Shown here in pieces: positions 1 to 13,129 of a stretch of 64,000 nt of DNA. Position numbers and translations under genes: made by a program. Numbering within the stretch: the first letter of the stretch is position 1; each line of letters begins with the position of its first letter. The notes under the pieces are model-generated. The model ran no database searches. It saw nothing but the letters and a program-made list of their open reading frames with translations, and was not told the DNA's origin. The DNA is from Lama guanicoe (Eukaryota): NCBI GenBank assembly GCA_013239625.1, contig MU053810.1, positions 6,668,122 through 6,732,121 on the forward strand. Direction: 5' to 3'.

Positions 1-2015
1 TTCTGGTTTAAAAAATAAATCTGGTATTAATGCAGCTCTGTGGGGTCTGCATCTAGTAGGGCCGGTCTCTGCGCTCCTGGCAGTGCTCGCCTTTATCCAT
101 TTTTCCAGGTCCTCCACGCCCGCCTCTTCTTCCTCCCATTTGTTCCATTAAAGGTCCAGTGGGTCCCCCAGGGCCACCTCGTCTTCCTCCACCGAAGCCA
201 CCATGGAAGCCACCTGTCTCCACCACGGCCACCTCTGAACATTCCACCAGGACCACCACGGTCCATGAGGCCACCTCTTCTTCCCCGCATGCCACTAGGG
301 CCACCTCTGCCACGGTCACCACCCGGAGGTGGGAAGGGTGGTGGAAGGACACCTTAAGGCTTTGCCTCACACTGGTTGCACTCTGTTCTCCAGGCAAAGT
401 TCTGGTTTCCACATCCCTTACTGGGGCACTGCCAGGCTCCAGCTCGGTGCCGGATGTTTCCTCCTCCAGATGGATTCCCTCGAGAACCATGGGGCCCTCT
501 TGGTGGGAAGCCTCCTCTGTCTCCTCCACGGCCTCCATGTGACCTGTGGGTCCCTCAGGACCACCTGGGCCCCCTGGACCTCCCCGGAGTGGCGGCGGCA
601 TCATCCCTCTGCCCTCCCAGGGTGGCGTTCCACCTCGCGTGCTGTTCCTTGGAGGCTTCTTTTTGCTCCCTTGAAAATCTTTCCCGTCAAACCACTCCAC
701 GGCAGCCTTGGCGGTAGGAGGGTCTTCACAGGACACTGTAGCATCACCTTTGGACTTTCCTGTTTCCTTGTCCAAGTAGATGTGGATCATGGGTTGTCCC
801 CTCCTCTTGTTCATCTTCACAACTCCACACTGCTTAAAGAAGTCTGCCAAGTCATCTAGAGTCACATTGTCATTTAATCCGTGCACATAAATTACACTGT
901 GGTCATAGTCTTCGTCTGGATCTACAGGTGGGTCTAAATCAAGATCTTGTCCTTCATGCATGGGTCCACCAGGCTTATTGAAGCCACCTTGCTCTCCAGT
1001 GCTGCCCATTCCACTGTGTCCTCCTCCCTGCCCACCTCTGCTCATGCCTCCACAATCAAATGCCCCTCTTCCCCTGCCCCAGTTATCAGGGCCACTCATG
1101 CTCCGGTTCTCTCCTGGTCTGGAAAGTCCTCCAGACTCCTGCCTGTAAGCACTCATGCTACTGGGGTGGTCCTGTCGGAATGAACTTTGCTGCCCATAGC
1201 TGCTGCTCTGTTGACTATATTGACTTGGTGCCTGGCTGTAGGATCCAGTCTGGGGTGGGGGGAACTAGTGGGCAGCTGCTGCCCATAGCTGCTTTGTTGA
1301 CCATAGCTACTCTGCTGTCCATAGCTGCTCAGCTGCCCATAGATGTTCTGCTGGGAGCAACTGCTCTGATCATAACTAGTCGAATGTGTAGAGGAATAGC
1401 TGGTAGGAGGATAGGATGGCAGTGGGCTGACTGGCTGCATGGGGTAGCTCCCAGGCACGTGGGGGTAGCTGTAGTTATTCTGCCCATATCCCAGGCTGGA
1501 CTGGTTGTAACCCCCTGTGCTAGATTGAGGTTGATCAGTCTCAGCAGGTTTGTTACCATCCTGTGGTCTTGTAGGTGCGGTGGCTGCTGGCTGCTGCCCT
1601 TAGGCTGTGTAAGCAGGCGGAGTGCCATGCGCAGACTGAGCTGCATAGGAGGCCTGGGTGGTAGTGACCGTAGCAGTGGTGGTATCATAAGCACCAGTGC
1701 CGTGCCCCTGGACAGGCTGACTTGGGGGCAGTTGGAGTAGGAGGCAGTCCATAAGAAGTTGCATAGGCGGACTGCCCACGGGTCGCGGTGGCCTGAGCCT
1801 GGCTATAGCTAACATCAGTGGGCTGTCCGTAGGTTCCATAACTTTGCTGCCCATATGCCTGGGTGGTCTGTGCATATCCTTGAGTGGGCTGGGCGGTGTA
1901 AGCACCGTAGCCCTGCTGGGCTGCAGCCTGGCTGTAGGTACTATAATCCGTGGATGCCATTTTCTCTCCTTCCTTCTCATTCTCTCAACATCTGTCTCCC
2001 TCTCACTTTCCCTCT
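1..2015 (-). pseudogene. EWSR1: EWSR1 processed pseudogene; 3' UTR runs off the window start
   Basis: Intronless. ATG at 1960 gives MASTDYSTYSQAAAQQGY. SYGQQ repeats, RRM (IYVHGLNDNVTLDDLADFFKQCGVVKMNK), RanBP2 zinc finger ([19 protein letters not shown], ~360-440) and C-terminus ERRDRPY* (stop 53-55) are split over several frames by frameshifts and deletions. EWSR1-like 5' UTR at 1961-2015 ends at a T-rich TTTT/AA L1 target site. Confidence 0.97.
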
Positions 2016-2590
2016 ATGTTTATTTTTTTAAACAGCTTTGTTGAGGTATAACTTGTATACAGAGAATTACGTGTATTTAGCGTGTACCATTTGATGAGTT
2101 TGGACATAGTTAAACATGTGGCCACAATCAAGGTAACAGATATATCCTACAACCCCCCAGACTTTCTTTGTGTTTGTGTTTTTTTCGTTTGTTTCTTTGT
2201 AGCTTATTTTTTTTTGAACACTTAACATGAGGTCTACTCTCAATAAATTTTGAAGTGCTCAATAATGTATTGTTAACTGTGGGTTAACAATATCCTAGAT
2301 CTCTAGAACTTACTCATCTAGCAAAACTAAAACTTCATACTCTCCCCCAGCCTCTGGCAACCACCTTTCATTCTCTGCTGTATGAGTAGGACTGTTTCAG
2401 ACACCTCATATAAGTGGAATCACGGGATATTGTCCTTCTGGGTGGGACTGGCTTATTTCACATAGCATACTGCCCTCCACATTTAATCACGTTCTCACAA
2501 ATGGCAGGGTTTCCTTCTTTTTTAAGGCTGAATAATATGCCATTCTGTGTGTATACCACATTTTCTCTATCTATTCATCTGTTGATGGAC
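2016..2590 (-). mobile_element. Old L1 3' end fragment (L1M-type); target of the EWSR1 insertion
   Basis: T-rich tail, then typical antisense L1 3' UTR motifs (ttgaggtata, cagcctctggcaaccac, ggcttatttcacatagcat, tgttgatggaca). Confidence 0.75.
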
Positions 2591-2650
2591 AGTTCTTTTT
2601 AATTTTTTAAATTAAAAATTTTAATGTTTTACTATTTGAAGCACTTACTC

Positions 2651-3481
2651 TTTTTTATTGAAGTATAGTTGATGTACAATATGATGCAAGTTATAGGTGT
2701 ACATTATAGTGATTCATAATTTTTAAAATTTAAATTTATGAATTTCCATTTCTAGTTACTATAAAATATTGGCTCTATTTCCTGTGTTGTATGATATATC
2801 CTTGCAGCTTACTTTATATGTAGTAGTTTGTTCTAAATCCCCTACCCCTATATTGCCCCTTCTCCTTCCCTCTCCCCACTGGTAACCACTAGTTTGTTCT
2901 CTATATCTGTGAGTCTGTTTCTTTTTTTTATTATATTCACTAGTTTGTTGTATTTTTTAGATTCTACATGTAAGTGATACCATACATTATTTGTCTTTCT
3001 CTATTCTGTTTATTTTCACTTAGCATAATGCCCTCCAAGTCTGTCCATGTTGCTGCAAGTGGCATTATGTCATTCTTTTTTATGGCCAAATAATATTCCA
3101 CTGTGTATATATATAACACATCTTAATCCATTCATCTGTTGATGGACACTTAGGTTGCTTCCCTACCTTGGTAATTATAAATAATGCTGCTATGAGTATT
3201 GGAGTGCATGAACCTTTTTGAATTAGTGGGGTTTTTTTTATATATATATATATATACCTAGGTGTGGAGTTGCTGGGTCATAGGGTAGTTCTAGTTTCAG
3301 TTTTTTGAGAAACCTCCTTGCAGTGGCTGCACCAATTTACATTCCCACCAACAGTGTTGAAGTGTCCCTTTTTCTCCACATCTTCGCCAGCATTTGTTAT
3401 TTGTGGGTTGTTCTGATGATAGCCATTCTGACAGGTGTAAGGTAATATCTCATTGTGGGCTTAATTTGCATTTCCCTGATG
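2651..3481 (-). mobile_element. 5'-truncated L1 (3' UTR plus ORF2 end)
   Basis: Starts ttttttattgaagtatagttgatgtacaat; contains tggtaaccactagtttgttctc, gatggacacttaggttg and acattcccaccaacagtg. Confidence 0.85.
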
Positions 3482-4699
3482 CTCCATGCATCTATCTATG
3501 GACACTTTCTAAAACGTCCCCTGAGCAACCATATAATAGAATAAATGTTAGCGATATTAATCATTTCTCATTTTTGCCGTGGAAGCTGGGGGGCTCTGAG
3601 TCAAATGCACAGCTCAGTTTCTTAGGATGTTACAATGCATTGTGGGGGCCATCCTTATCCTCGCAGCAACTTAATTTTTCCCATGGTTTTCTCTTTATCC
3701 TGATTCATTCATTTCTTTTTAAAATTTAATTCTGTTATATTATAACAAGCTTCCACCACTCCTTTTTCTAACAAGGTTGGGTGTGAAAAAAGGCATCACA
3801 AACTTCCTGTAGATGTGAGAAATGTGAATCTTTTTAAGTGTTATTTTCAAGGGCTTGAAGGCAACACCCAGATAACAAGATAACATGAAAGCTGTAGAGA
3901 TAAATTGTGAATCTATGTGAGCCTCAGGGTGGCTTTTACTTACAAATCTCATTTAGTTCTCAGAGGGCTGGATGGACATAAGCTGGGGATTCAGAGACAA
4001 AGAGCTCTGGGGTCAAAGCTTCCCTCTCCCTGGCAATGGGACAATGGTGTATTTGCAGCAGAACATCCTATGAAGAGTCTTAGGGGATGAGGATACACTC
4101 AGGAGGGTAGTGGAAGGGAGGGAAGTCTATTTTGAGGAAATTATTACAAGATTACCTTCACTTTCAAGGTATAGCAATAGGTCATTATTATTAACTTGTG
4201 AACTTGACAGGGAGAAAAAAATCAGTTCTATGGAATCATGTATTATGTTCACATAATAGGGCTGATTACTGGCATTTTTCATCTGGTCATAAAGGCATTC
4301 TAGGCACACAGTCTTGGTTTTCTTGGTTTCTATTTCTACGGATTTCCCCACGGTTGTAAAACAGGGATGGACACTGTAGTAGGTACCAGCCTTGACGGAC
4401 GGTGCCTAGCCTTGGCTGTCCTCACAGTGTGTCACCCCAGGACCATGCCTGTACAAGTGGGCCCACAACGCAGATGGAGTCTGCAAGAACACACAAAGCA
4501 GCCTCTTGCGAGGGGTCAAATTTCCTTTCTGCTTTATAACCTGCACAGAAGGCTCAGAAGGTAGAGATTGGAGAGTGGCTTCTATATTCCATTCAGTTGA
4601 TCCCCAAATTCCTGGATGGATGGGAAGAGTTTCCTTTCTAGAGCCTCAAAGTTGCTCCACTCCCAATTTTAGATGTGAGTTTTCTTGTTTTCTCGCCTA

Positions 4700-5133
4700 T
4701 GACCCCTAAATCTCTTGGATTCCCTTAGTCCTCCTAGGTTTACCCCAGTCCTGCACCTTTGGACTCTGGAGTGGGTCGTCAGTTGGTCAGTCATTTGGTC
4801 CCATGGGTCTTGTTGCCAGATAGGTCAGGGTTGGGTATTTACAAAACAATCAGTGCCTTGACTGATCTGCTTGCATCAATTACAACTCTTTAGTGTGAGG
4901 GACAGAAAGCTCATTCCAGGGGACGTGGGTACAGCTTGTCCTCAGGTGTTTGTTTATCCTTTAGGGTTCTGGTTTGTCCTAGCTCTCGTCTGTGCAGTGT
5001 TTTCCCACAGTTGCTGGCATGGCTACTGAGCAACTGCATGGACTCCACCAGCCACCATAATCCCATAAAATCTAACCCCTGCATTCCATCACTCCTAGTG
5101 TTTCTGCTACCCTTATTGAATCCTGACTGATAA
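4700..5133 (+). mobile_element. Old ERVL-class LTR fragment
   Basis: Ends ...tttctgctacccttattgaatcctgactgataaa, resembling ERVL LTR U5 termini; left boundary uncertain. Confidence 0.4.
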
Positions 5134-8100
5134 ATGTCTTTAAGTAAGACCAGCTTTTTGGAGAAGCTAAAGTCTATGCAGACATTATCTATCTGATGCT
5201 GTCCCTTTGATTAAAAATGCTAAATCCTATCTAAAGTTGGCCTTACCACACACGCATTTCCTTTTTATGTTTTACTGAAGTCAAATAATTATAAAGCTTG
5301 ATTCATAAGCATTATTTAGTATCATAAGCATTATTCATACTGTTATGTAGTCTTTATAACCCTAGTTTAAAAAAGATTTTATAATAGACTGAGTGGATTC
5401 TCTATGATTTAATTATTTCCCTATTTTATATATATAGGTTTCTTCCAATTTTTCAAAACTACTAGGATCTGAAAAACTTCTTTATGTCTGATTTTTTCCC
5501 CTCATATTTTAGAATATTTTATTCAGCTATAATTTCATAAGTTGAGGATAAAGATACATAAAAGGCATTAAGTTTTTTATTGCTTTGGAATCATATTGCT
5601 TAATTGCTTTCAAAAAGGGCTAGAACAATGACTAATGCTGTTAGCAGTTGACAATAGCCTTACTAACTTTGAGTAATATCATTTTAAGTAGTCTTTCTCG
5701 ATTTAACAGAAAAAAGTACCAGTGCAATTTCAAAGGAACTCCACATTGCCCACTTTATACAAGCATCTGTTTCCTGCTTTGCAATATCTAGAAAGCGAAT
5801 AGTAATCCCAAGTGGGTCAAAAGTATTCCGAAGACACTTTCCCTGACACACAGCTGTTAATTTCTGACTTCTGCATGCAGCCTGCCCCAAAATATAAGGA
5901 TTTGACCTTGTACTTTCCAGTTAAATGGAGATTCTTTTTTTTTTTTTAAACTGAGTTAAGAGACTCATCAGTGGAGATAGTTTGGAGACAATGGAATCAC
6001 TGTGCAATTAACGTCCTCATCTTTTTAATTTTAGGTAATAGCACTTCTGTTCTTCAGAATAACATCTTCAAGGAAAGCATATTGAATTCAAGCTGTTGTG
6101 TGAATATTTTCAGTTAGAGGAGGTACAGTATGTATGTATAAATGAATGTACAGACTGCTGATGGTTTATTTTGGTTCTATAGCAGCTTTGGAAATAGAAG
6201 TGAACTTTCTTTATATAGTGTCTTCCAGAATCAGGGTAGCCCTAAGCTCCTTATGGAGCAGTGATTTTGGCTGTGTCTAAATGAGGCTCCTCCTTTTAGT
6301 CCAAGGCAAAAAAATTCAGATAATGAAGTGTTTCACTTTTCTATACAGTGTCATGTAAATGGTTTGATCTGGGGCGTCCAAAATTGCTTGGCCACTTTGG
6401 CTTTATGGTCGCATCTTTTGCAACTCCCAGCACCCTGTAAAAGTAGGAAGGCTGTCAGGGATGTCGTAGGTCATGCCTTGGGTTGGGGCGGGAAGGCTCC
6501 TCTTGGAAACTAGTCATGGAATCAGCATGGTACTGATAATTTTGAGATGTTGCCCAGATACACAAGGACAGTGCTGTCTCAGGACCCTCTCTTGCTTGTC
6601 CGTGGGGGGTGGGGGAGTTATAGTGGGAAAGAATTGGAACAGTAACTATTGTTGATGATTTTTTGGCCTGTCTATTGAATCTGCTGGTGGGTAGATGTAT
6701 ATATGTGACTCTTTCCTCCTTCTCTTCAGGAATAAACTCAGCATGCATGTTCACCACACATTTTGGTCTGTGTTGTTATAGTGATTGCAATGCCTTGCAT
6801 TTGTACTGATATTCAGACTTTTAAAAACCCACATATACTTCACTGGATTATCCATACAGTAGCATCTGAGCCTCTAGCTCCAAGTCTTGTCAGTTCCACC
6901 TCTTAACTGTATCTCAGTTTCCCACTTCCCCCTACACCCTTTCCAACTGAAACTTTATCACCCTTGCCCACACGACTTTAGCTGCCACCAAGCTGGTCTT
7001 CCTACTTACTGCACTCCTCAGGCTACTGCAGCCTCTTCTCCATAGAACAGCTTGAGTGAGCTTCAGACATCATAACTCAAGACATATCTCTGCCCTGCTT
7101 AAAAGCCTTTCTTGTTTTCCAGAGTGCTGACAAAACAAGCAAGCAAACAAACAAAAAACCTGAATGATTTCCTAGGGCACAAAGGCCCTGCATAATCTGG
7201 CACCTTCCAACCTCTCCAACCCACACCTCTCTGCCCCTCTCCTGGCCCCTCCAGCCCCTTCTAAGTTCCTCAAGCACAACCCCAAGCTGCCTTCCCAGAG
7301 GACATTGGCACCTGCTGATGCGGCTGCTGGAAAACCTTTTTGCACGGCTGAATTCTTCTCGCCTTTTGGGCTTCAGCTCAAATATCCCATCTCTAAGAAT
7401 TCTTCCCCCAAAACTGGGATTCAGGGAGAACATGAGACTCAGAGGAGGATCCAAATCTATGGAGTCTGGAAACTGGGAGGAGCCTCGTTCTTCTGACTCC
7501 TTGTCCACTGCTCCTGCCAAGACTTCTGCCAACCTGTGACTTACACCCTTTTCCCTCCCACTAACTAGGGAGATCCTAAATTACAGGGATACTGTCTCCT
7601 GTTTTTGTTTGGTTTGCATTATTGTGACTGCAATGTTTAGGAGAATGGGGAAGATATTGCTGATGTTAAGTAATTCCCAAGTGGTTGAGATTGATTCTAG
7701 GCAGGAGGGATCTTGACTATTTGCGAACTGACAAAGATACATGCTTACCAGCCCCCATGGGGCCAGGGCCCCCTGGGATCCCTTTAAAAAGGGACAGAGT
7801 TCCCTTTTATAGGGAGAGAGTTCCTCCTGCTACATAGCTGTTTGAAACCACCCTGGAGACTTCCATTTGAAAAATGATCAGAAAACATCTCATCATGAGT
7901 TCTTTGATTTAAAACAGAACCATTTTAGGACCAGTTTCTACCCTTAAGTAATATTTCCTCTAAACTAAAGTATCGTGGAATACACAGATCACTTTTCCTC
8001 TAGGATATTTTTTCTCATCCAAACACTGTCTCATAAATACAATTTTTACATCCACTTGTGACTCACTCTCATCTTTTTAACCTAGAGACTCCCCAGTGTC

Positions 8101-11100
8101 AGCTGGCCTCCTCTGACTTATTCATCCAGATCTTGAGCATATTGAACACATACGGTGTGTGTCACCTTGGGCAGGAAAAACCAAGAAAGGGTCACAAAAA
8201 AAGAAACAAACATTACTTTCCCTAACCATTAATAAGTGGTATTGCATCTGCATTTCAGACAATTTCATGGACCTTCATTTTAGAATAAATGAGTCACAAA
8301 ATAGAATTTTTAGAGACGATTCAGCCTCCCAGGTGCACTAAATTCCCTTGGCTGTATTTCCCTCAAACTTCATCCAGTCTCTATTGTACAGCCTCCAGTA
8401 GTGCGAACTGACTCTCTCCTGGGGCTGCATCAACTTTGCATGGAATTAATTGGTAGAAAGTTAAGTTGAGCCTAAATTTTTGGCTACTAACTTGATCAAC
8501 AATGAGTATATGCTTTCATCCAGGTCATCAATTAAACACTAAAGAACTAAGAACAGACCAGTGGTAGAACCATTAATCAGCATGGGCTGGGTCCTAAAAT
8601 CTGGTCACCATGTTTCATGAAGAGACCATGGACGTCTTGGGCAATCAAGGAACACTGTATATTCTATTAACATTCCTGGGGTAATCCTAGGTTAATTTCT
8701 ACCCTCCTGAGGCAACTTTGGTGACCTCGTGTTGCCTTTTGACATCCTAGTGGTGGGCAATGTTAGTAAGTAAGCTCAGCCCAAAGGCAGGAATTTGACA
8801 AAGAGTTATATAGATTAAAACCCCTTCTCCCCTCACAAATTTTTCAAAATCCTCTCAAGGGTCATCTGTAGCTAATCTGCATAATAATACATACCATGCT
8901 AATCTGTGAGGAAGGAGGGTAATTTGATTTCATTACAAATTGAGAGACTCCGCATGTATCACCTGGTAATGCTATCTTCCTTCCTTTCCTTGGGCTCTTG
9001 GCATTTATAGATGCATGGAACTTGCCCCATAGCACTAGGAAAACTACTGAGTGAATCGAAGTTCCCAATGTCTTCCTCCACTAAGGATATTCTATTTATG
9101 TGCTGCTTCTCAGTAGTTAGTATTTACAAGCAAAGCAAATTCTGCATGTATATACATCCTGTATCTTTGATTTGGAAAAGGTTAAATCTCCCTAGCTATA
9201 CACATTTTCTAAAAGAAAGAATGTAGTTTCTCACTGCTAGGCTACAGTCTTAGGTGGGAAAGTGGAGGATGAACAAGTTCTGAAAATAGCATGGGTCAAG
9301 GAAACAAGGAGGGGAGAAATATAGACCGAGACAGGTTGGCTATGACCGTAAACCTGGTAAACATAGCTCACCTCACTGCTGTTGGCGTTTTCCCCATTTT
9401 CACATCCTAAAATGATGTGTACGTTTGCTTGTAACCATATCAAAAAAGGAAATGAGGTTAGCCTGGCATGACTTACTTGTTCTCACTGAACCCATGCTGG
9501 CTGCTAATGATTGCTTTCTTTTTTAAATGCTCCCAAGCCATCTGTTTAATAATCTATTCTAGAATTTTGCCCGAGAAGAATTTCAATGCTAGTGAAGTGG
9601 AAAGATCCCCAGGCAAAGATCCGGAGACCCAAGTTCTAGTCTGCGCTGTGTCATTAACTAGCTGGCTGTTGCTGGGCCAGCACCTTGCTCTGTCTCATTC
9701 TGTTTCATATCTAAAATGAGTGGGTCAGAGTAGGTAATCTCTGCGAATGCTTCCAGTCATGCATCTACAAGCCCTCCTTTCCCTTAGTCTTTGAAATCTA
9801 CTCTGTCCCCTGCTGACAATCAGGACCTTAGCCATTATCATCTTTGAGTATTTCTGCTCTGTGTGTTCTAGACCTTGCTCTGTTACTGGCTTATGAATTG
9901 ACTGGGGCAAGTTCTTATAATTCTATGGGTCTCACCTACTTCACTTTAAAACTGAAGGGGTTTAAATCAGATGGTGTCTACGTTTCTGAGCACAAGTCCA
10001 TAATACCTAGACAATACTAGGTCATGGTTTTTGTGTCCACATACTGTCCATTCTTGAAGTAGCCCAGTATCTGTGTTTTTGGCCCTGGAAAGTGACCACA
10101 GACTTATCAGTTCAGGTTGGGCAGAAGGCTTAGACATTATCAGTCAAACTATTTATTGTGTAATAATTAGAATGGCTGGTTATTTCCCCCTTGCCTTAGG
10201 TTTAAATAATCTTTCATTTCTAACTCACACGGAATTTTTTAAAGTTCCTCCTTCTCTTTCCCCATGAACAGCAAGGTTGGCTGCTTGGTTCATTTGCACT
10301 GACTAAAGGTCACATGCTCATCTCGGAGAATGTTCCAGAAATCTCAGGGTATCTCAAAAGCTGCTTCTGTTTCCTTTCTTCAGGTAATGACTGCTTTGGG
10401 TCATAGAGCTATTTTATTCTGGCTTGATGGTGTTGCATGAGTCAGTGTAAATGATTCTCACAGGAAGGTCTGATTTTTATTCTTTGACTAAAAACTAAAA
10501 ATAGAGCCTTCGGCTCATCCTGGACTCTCAGCTGTCACATGCCATAGAAACCTGGGCACTTGGCATGGTTACTTGTGGCTTTGAAAGCATCACTACATTC
10601 TTTGGTTTAAAATAAGGAACAAACAAACATATGTGTATGAATCTGGAAGGTTGTTTCACTTCCTCTGGTCTTTATTCTGGGTACATTTTGCAGCTTGAAG
10701 GTGGTTTTTCTTTCAAATTTATTTAAATGCAATTCTTTTCAAAGGTGCCTATCAGTAGGCATGGCCAAGAAAAGAGATTCTGACTCATCAAGTAGTCTTG
10801 TTAAGTATACCTTCCAAAAAATAATAAATGCTGATGGAACTGGACTGTTTACAGAGTCTCCTTGTGGGTGGACAAATCATCTGTTACCATTCTCAATGCA
10901 GGAATAAGTAGGTTGAAGCTCAATGGGTACTTTGCCTCAAGTCGCAGAACTGAGTAGATGAACCAGAACCAGAACCCAGGTTATATATCATTATCCCACT
11001 TCCCCACTCCACCACCAAATAAAAACATCAATATGTTAGGCTAAGTCTGTGCTGTCTTTTTCATAAGTCCTGCCCAGGGGCAGGCACACACATCGGTCAC

Positions 11101-12039
11101 CTGTGTCTCTGCATATCTCTTTTCATTAGTGTTTGTGACAAATAGTTGCATTCTTTGTAGACTTCTCTACATAGTTACGTGTCCTGGCTAGACTGTTTCT
11201 TCTATAAACACCTCCCTCAACACTGGGCGCAGAACCGGCTCTACTGCAGGTTAATTAGTTTAGTTCAGGAAAAATAAGCTTCCAGGCCAGAAAAGAAGAC
11301 TCTTCCAGACCTGGAGTTAACAAATGGCACCTCTCCAGTGCTTCAGCCCACTTTAAGGCTTGCTCTGGTCATGGGGTGGATTGCCATGTGCAAGTCCAAT
11401 TATTCATAGACTTGCCACACTTCAGCAGCAGAAAGAGAAAAAAGGAGTTAATATACCTGAATTAAGTCCTTTGAGACTGTGCTTGATAGAATTCTCTTAA
11501 ACGTTTTGCTGGGAGAGATTTCCCGGGTCTCTCAACGAATCTGTTACAGGATTGTACGGTTAGGAAGGTCAAGAAAATTGCGGCAGGAACTACTTTGACT
11601 CTGAGTTGGTGAACTCAGTCATACAATTTGTAGTAATGCTTAATTAAATTTTAAAATATTCAGATTGGGTTTATATGCTCCTGTAGCTGATGTTCACTCC
11701 AAATCTCCCTTTGTTTAGTTCCAGCTTCTGCTCTGGGAAGTTACTGGTCATGACACAAAGCCCTAACACAGAGCATGCTGTAGACATCTCATTGGGACTC
11801 AGTCCAAGCTGCCAAGACAAATAGGGAGCTGATGTATTTCATTTCCTTTTAGAACTGGCTGGGGGAGGGGTGCCTTGGAGTTATGTGCTTAGGAGCAGAT
11901 TAATTCAAAAGCCATTCTGTCCACAATAATCTGCTAGTTAGTCTTAATACTCCCTCATCAGAGGTCATGAGCGTGACATTGAAATGACCTTGGTGGACTC
12001 AGGACCTTTCTTCAAACCTTGTGGGTTCACTTTACGTAC

Positions 12040-12661
12040 TTTGAATCTATGCTGGTTGTCAGTGTCTCAGCTCCAGGTACCCCCCCACCCCGCCCTGCTT
12101 GGTGCTACTGGAGATGGACCCTGGAACACTTCTCCTCTGTCAGCTGGTGCAGGGTTAGTCCTTGACATTGGAGAATGTGAAAGAGACATTGTAAGTGGAA
12201 GAGGCTTCTCTTTGTCTTTCTGGTGCTGGATTTTTCTTGCTTTTTATGGTGTGGCAGGTGGCTTTCTTGCAAGGGGGCCTGGGAGAGCCGGGTGTACACC
12301 CTCCAGTGATTTTCATCACCATCCCAGCGGGAAGCTTCCTGGTGAGTTCCACAGGCAGTTTCCTGTCAGCCGTTCCTGCCCTGTGGCATCTCAGCATCCA
12401 GTGGACTTCAGATGCACAGACACATCCTCTCCAACCAGGGGGCCATCAGCCGCGGAGCGGGGCCTGTTCCTTCCTTGGGCTTTCTCGCTCAGCCCTAGAG
12501 GTAGTGGTTTCACTCTGCACCTGCTACTTCTGTAGCATGGACTTCTCTTTAACCCTCTTGAAAGTCAACCTCTTGTTACTAGTTAGTAATTTTATGTTAC
12601 ATTTTCCCAGTCCAAATAACCAGTGTTGTTTCTGTTTTATGACTGAAAGCTGACTAATACA
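12040..12661 (+). mobile_element. ERVL-class solo LTR (LTR16/LTR33-like)
   Basis: Ends tttctgttttatgactgaaagctgactaataca; GC-richer interior explains the overlapping spurious ORFs. Confidence 0.5.
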
Positions 12662-13129
12662 GAACCCCTTCAGGAACAGATCATCCCTTAGCCTCTGATC
12701 CATTTGGCTTCAACTGTGGAATCCCTCTTGCTGTTTATGATTCAGCTTTGGACTTGCTTCTTGGTACTGACACAGGGACCTCAGAATATACTGTGACTTA
12801 AAATCCCTCCAGGTGCCATGGATTGAGTTACACAGTTGTCCTAGTCACCTGCAGTACTGCAGCAGCCACCTGCCCCATCCCCCACCTCTACCTGTCGAGG
12901 GAGAGTGATGAGTCATGTTCAAAAAGCCCAGATAATATGATCTGCCTACAAGGTTGGGTGACCTGCAGAAGCAGAAAGTATTGATTGATTTTTCACTGCT
13001 GTCTGAAGAGAAGAAATTGAAACAGTTCTCAGAACCATCCTGTTGCTGCATTGGTGAGTAAAGGCTAAACATAGCAAAAGACATCCCAGAAGATGTGTAC
13101 GAGATAATATAACAGTAGTCGCCGCCACT

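Noticed and set aside
40..1740. Long plus-strand ORFs (105-226 aa) and the 367-aa minus-strand ORF
   Set aside because: Antisense shadows or frameshifted pieces of the GC-rich EWSR1 pseudogene.
4420..4500. Alternative reading as a PLAT segment (VGPLVQAWSWGD), and plus-strand QVGPQ resembling a GPS start
   Set aside because: PLAT is better explained at 6.0-6.3 kb and the TM2-3 frame fits domain order; QVGPQ is on the wrong strand. This shows the risk of by-eye matches.
7779..7823. Paired tccctt..aggga hairpins as a structured RNA
   Set aside because: Explained by a ~21-nt local duplication; no other RNA-family features.
11984..12653. Overlapping 183-aa and 152-aa ORFs
   Set aside because: Lie in an old LTR; no recognisable protein features.
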